Shown: in pieces, positions 63,661 through 64,000 of the stretch
Layout: the number at the start of each line of letters is the position of its first letter
How positions within the stretch are numbered: position 1 is the stretch's first letter
From: Haliotis cracherodii
Taxonomy: Eukaryota
Length of the DNA: 64,000 bases
NCBI RefSeq assembly: GCF_022045235.1
Contig: NW_027266308.1
Location: 58,590,001 to 58,654,000 of the forward strand
Reading direction: 5' to 3'
Notes under the pieces: model-generated
Told to the model about the DNA's origin: nothing
What the model saw: the letters and a program-made list of their open reading frames with translations, nothing else
Database searches by the model: none
Translations under genes and position numbers: made by a program

Positions 63661-64000
63661 GGTCCGCTTGTCATTTGCCCAAATCCTTCAGTAACGACCC
63701 TTAGCCAATAACAAACAGTCCGTGATCATGGGCTTCACTAAAACAGAATCATTGGCCTTTCCTCATGCATTAGTTTGACACGCCAAAGTATGACTGTATA
63801 AATACTGTACTGTATAAAGCGTCAATAAATCCCACTGTCAATTCGGCAGGCCAGACATTTATGAAATTCCCATCCCGGTTAGGCCTGATTTTATTTCTAG
63901 GTTTGTTAGCACCATACCCGTGCTCGTGGTTTCACCAAAGTGGTAAACGTCCGAGACCTGCATCACTTCGGCCTTTACTCCCACATTAAGCTGACACGTC

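Overview
Eukaryotic (metazoan) genomic DNA, AT-rich, intron-containing and SINE-dense, with assembly gaps. The SINE families look molluscan/gastropod, but that taxon call is inference. Left half (1.5-36.4 kb, minus strand): a tandem array of six intact three-exon claudin/PMP22/EMP-superfamily tetraspan genes (W...GLW..C...C signature, invariant 150-bp exon 2, phase-1 introns). Three are old divergent paralogues and three form a recent near-identical triplet. A seventh, inverted, exon-1-less pseudogene sits about 140 bp upstream of gene 5's ATG and forms large inverted repeats with its neighbours. Middle: a 31-bp minisatellite, a decayed L2-type LINE whose own ORF2 gave rise to a 44-bp minisatellite, MITEs and microsatellites. 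Right end (plus strand): a complete 9-exon PhyH-family Fe(II)/2-oxoglutarate dioxygenase gene (369 aa) and a tandem duplicate that runs off the window and carries many radical substitutions. Four retroposon families share a common 3' tail; one lacks a tRNA head and instead starts with a candidate pseudoknotted RNA structure. All gene models were spliced by hand from GT-AG sites and reading-frame continuity; no database searches were run.
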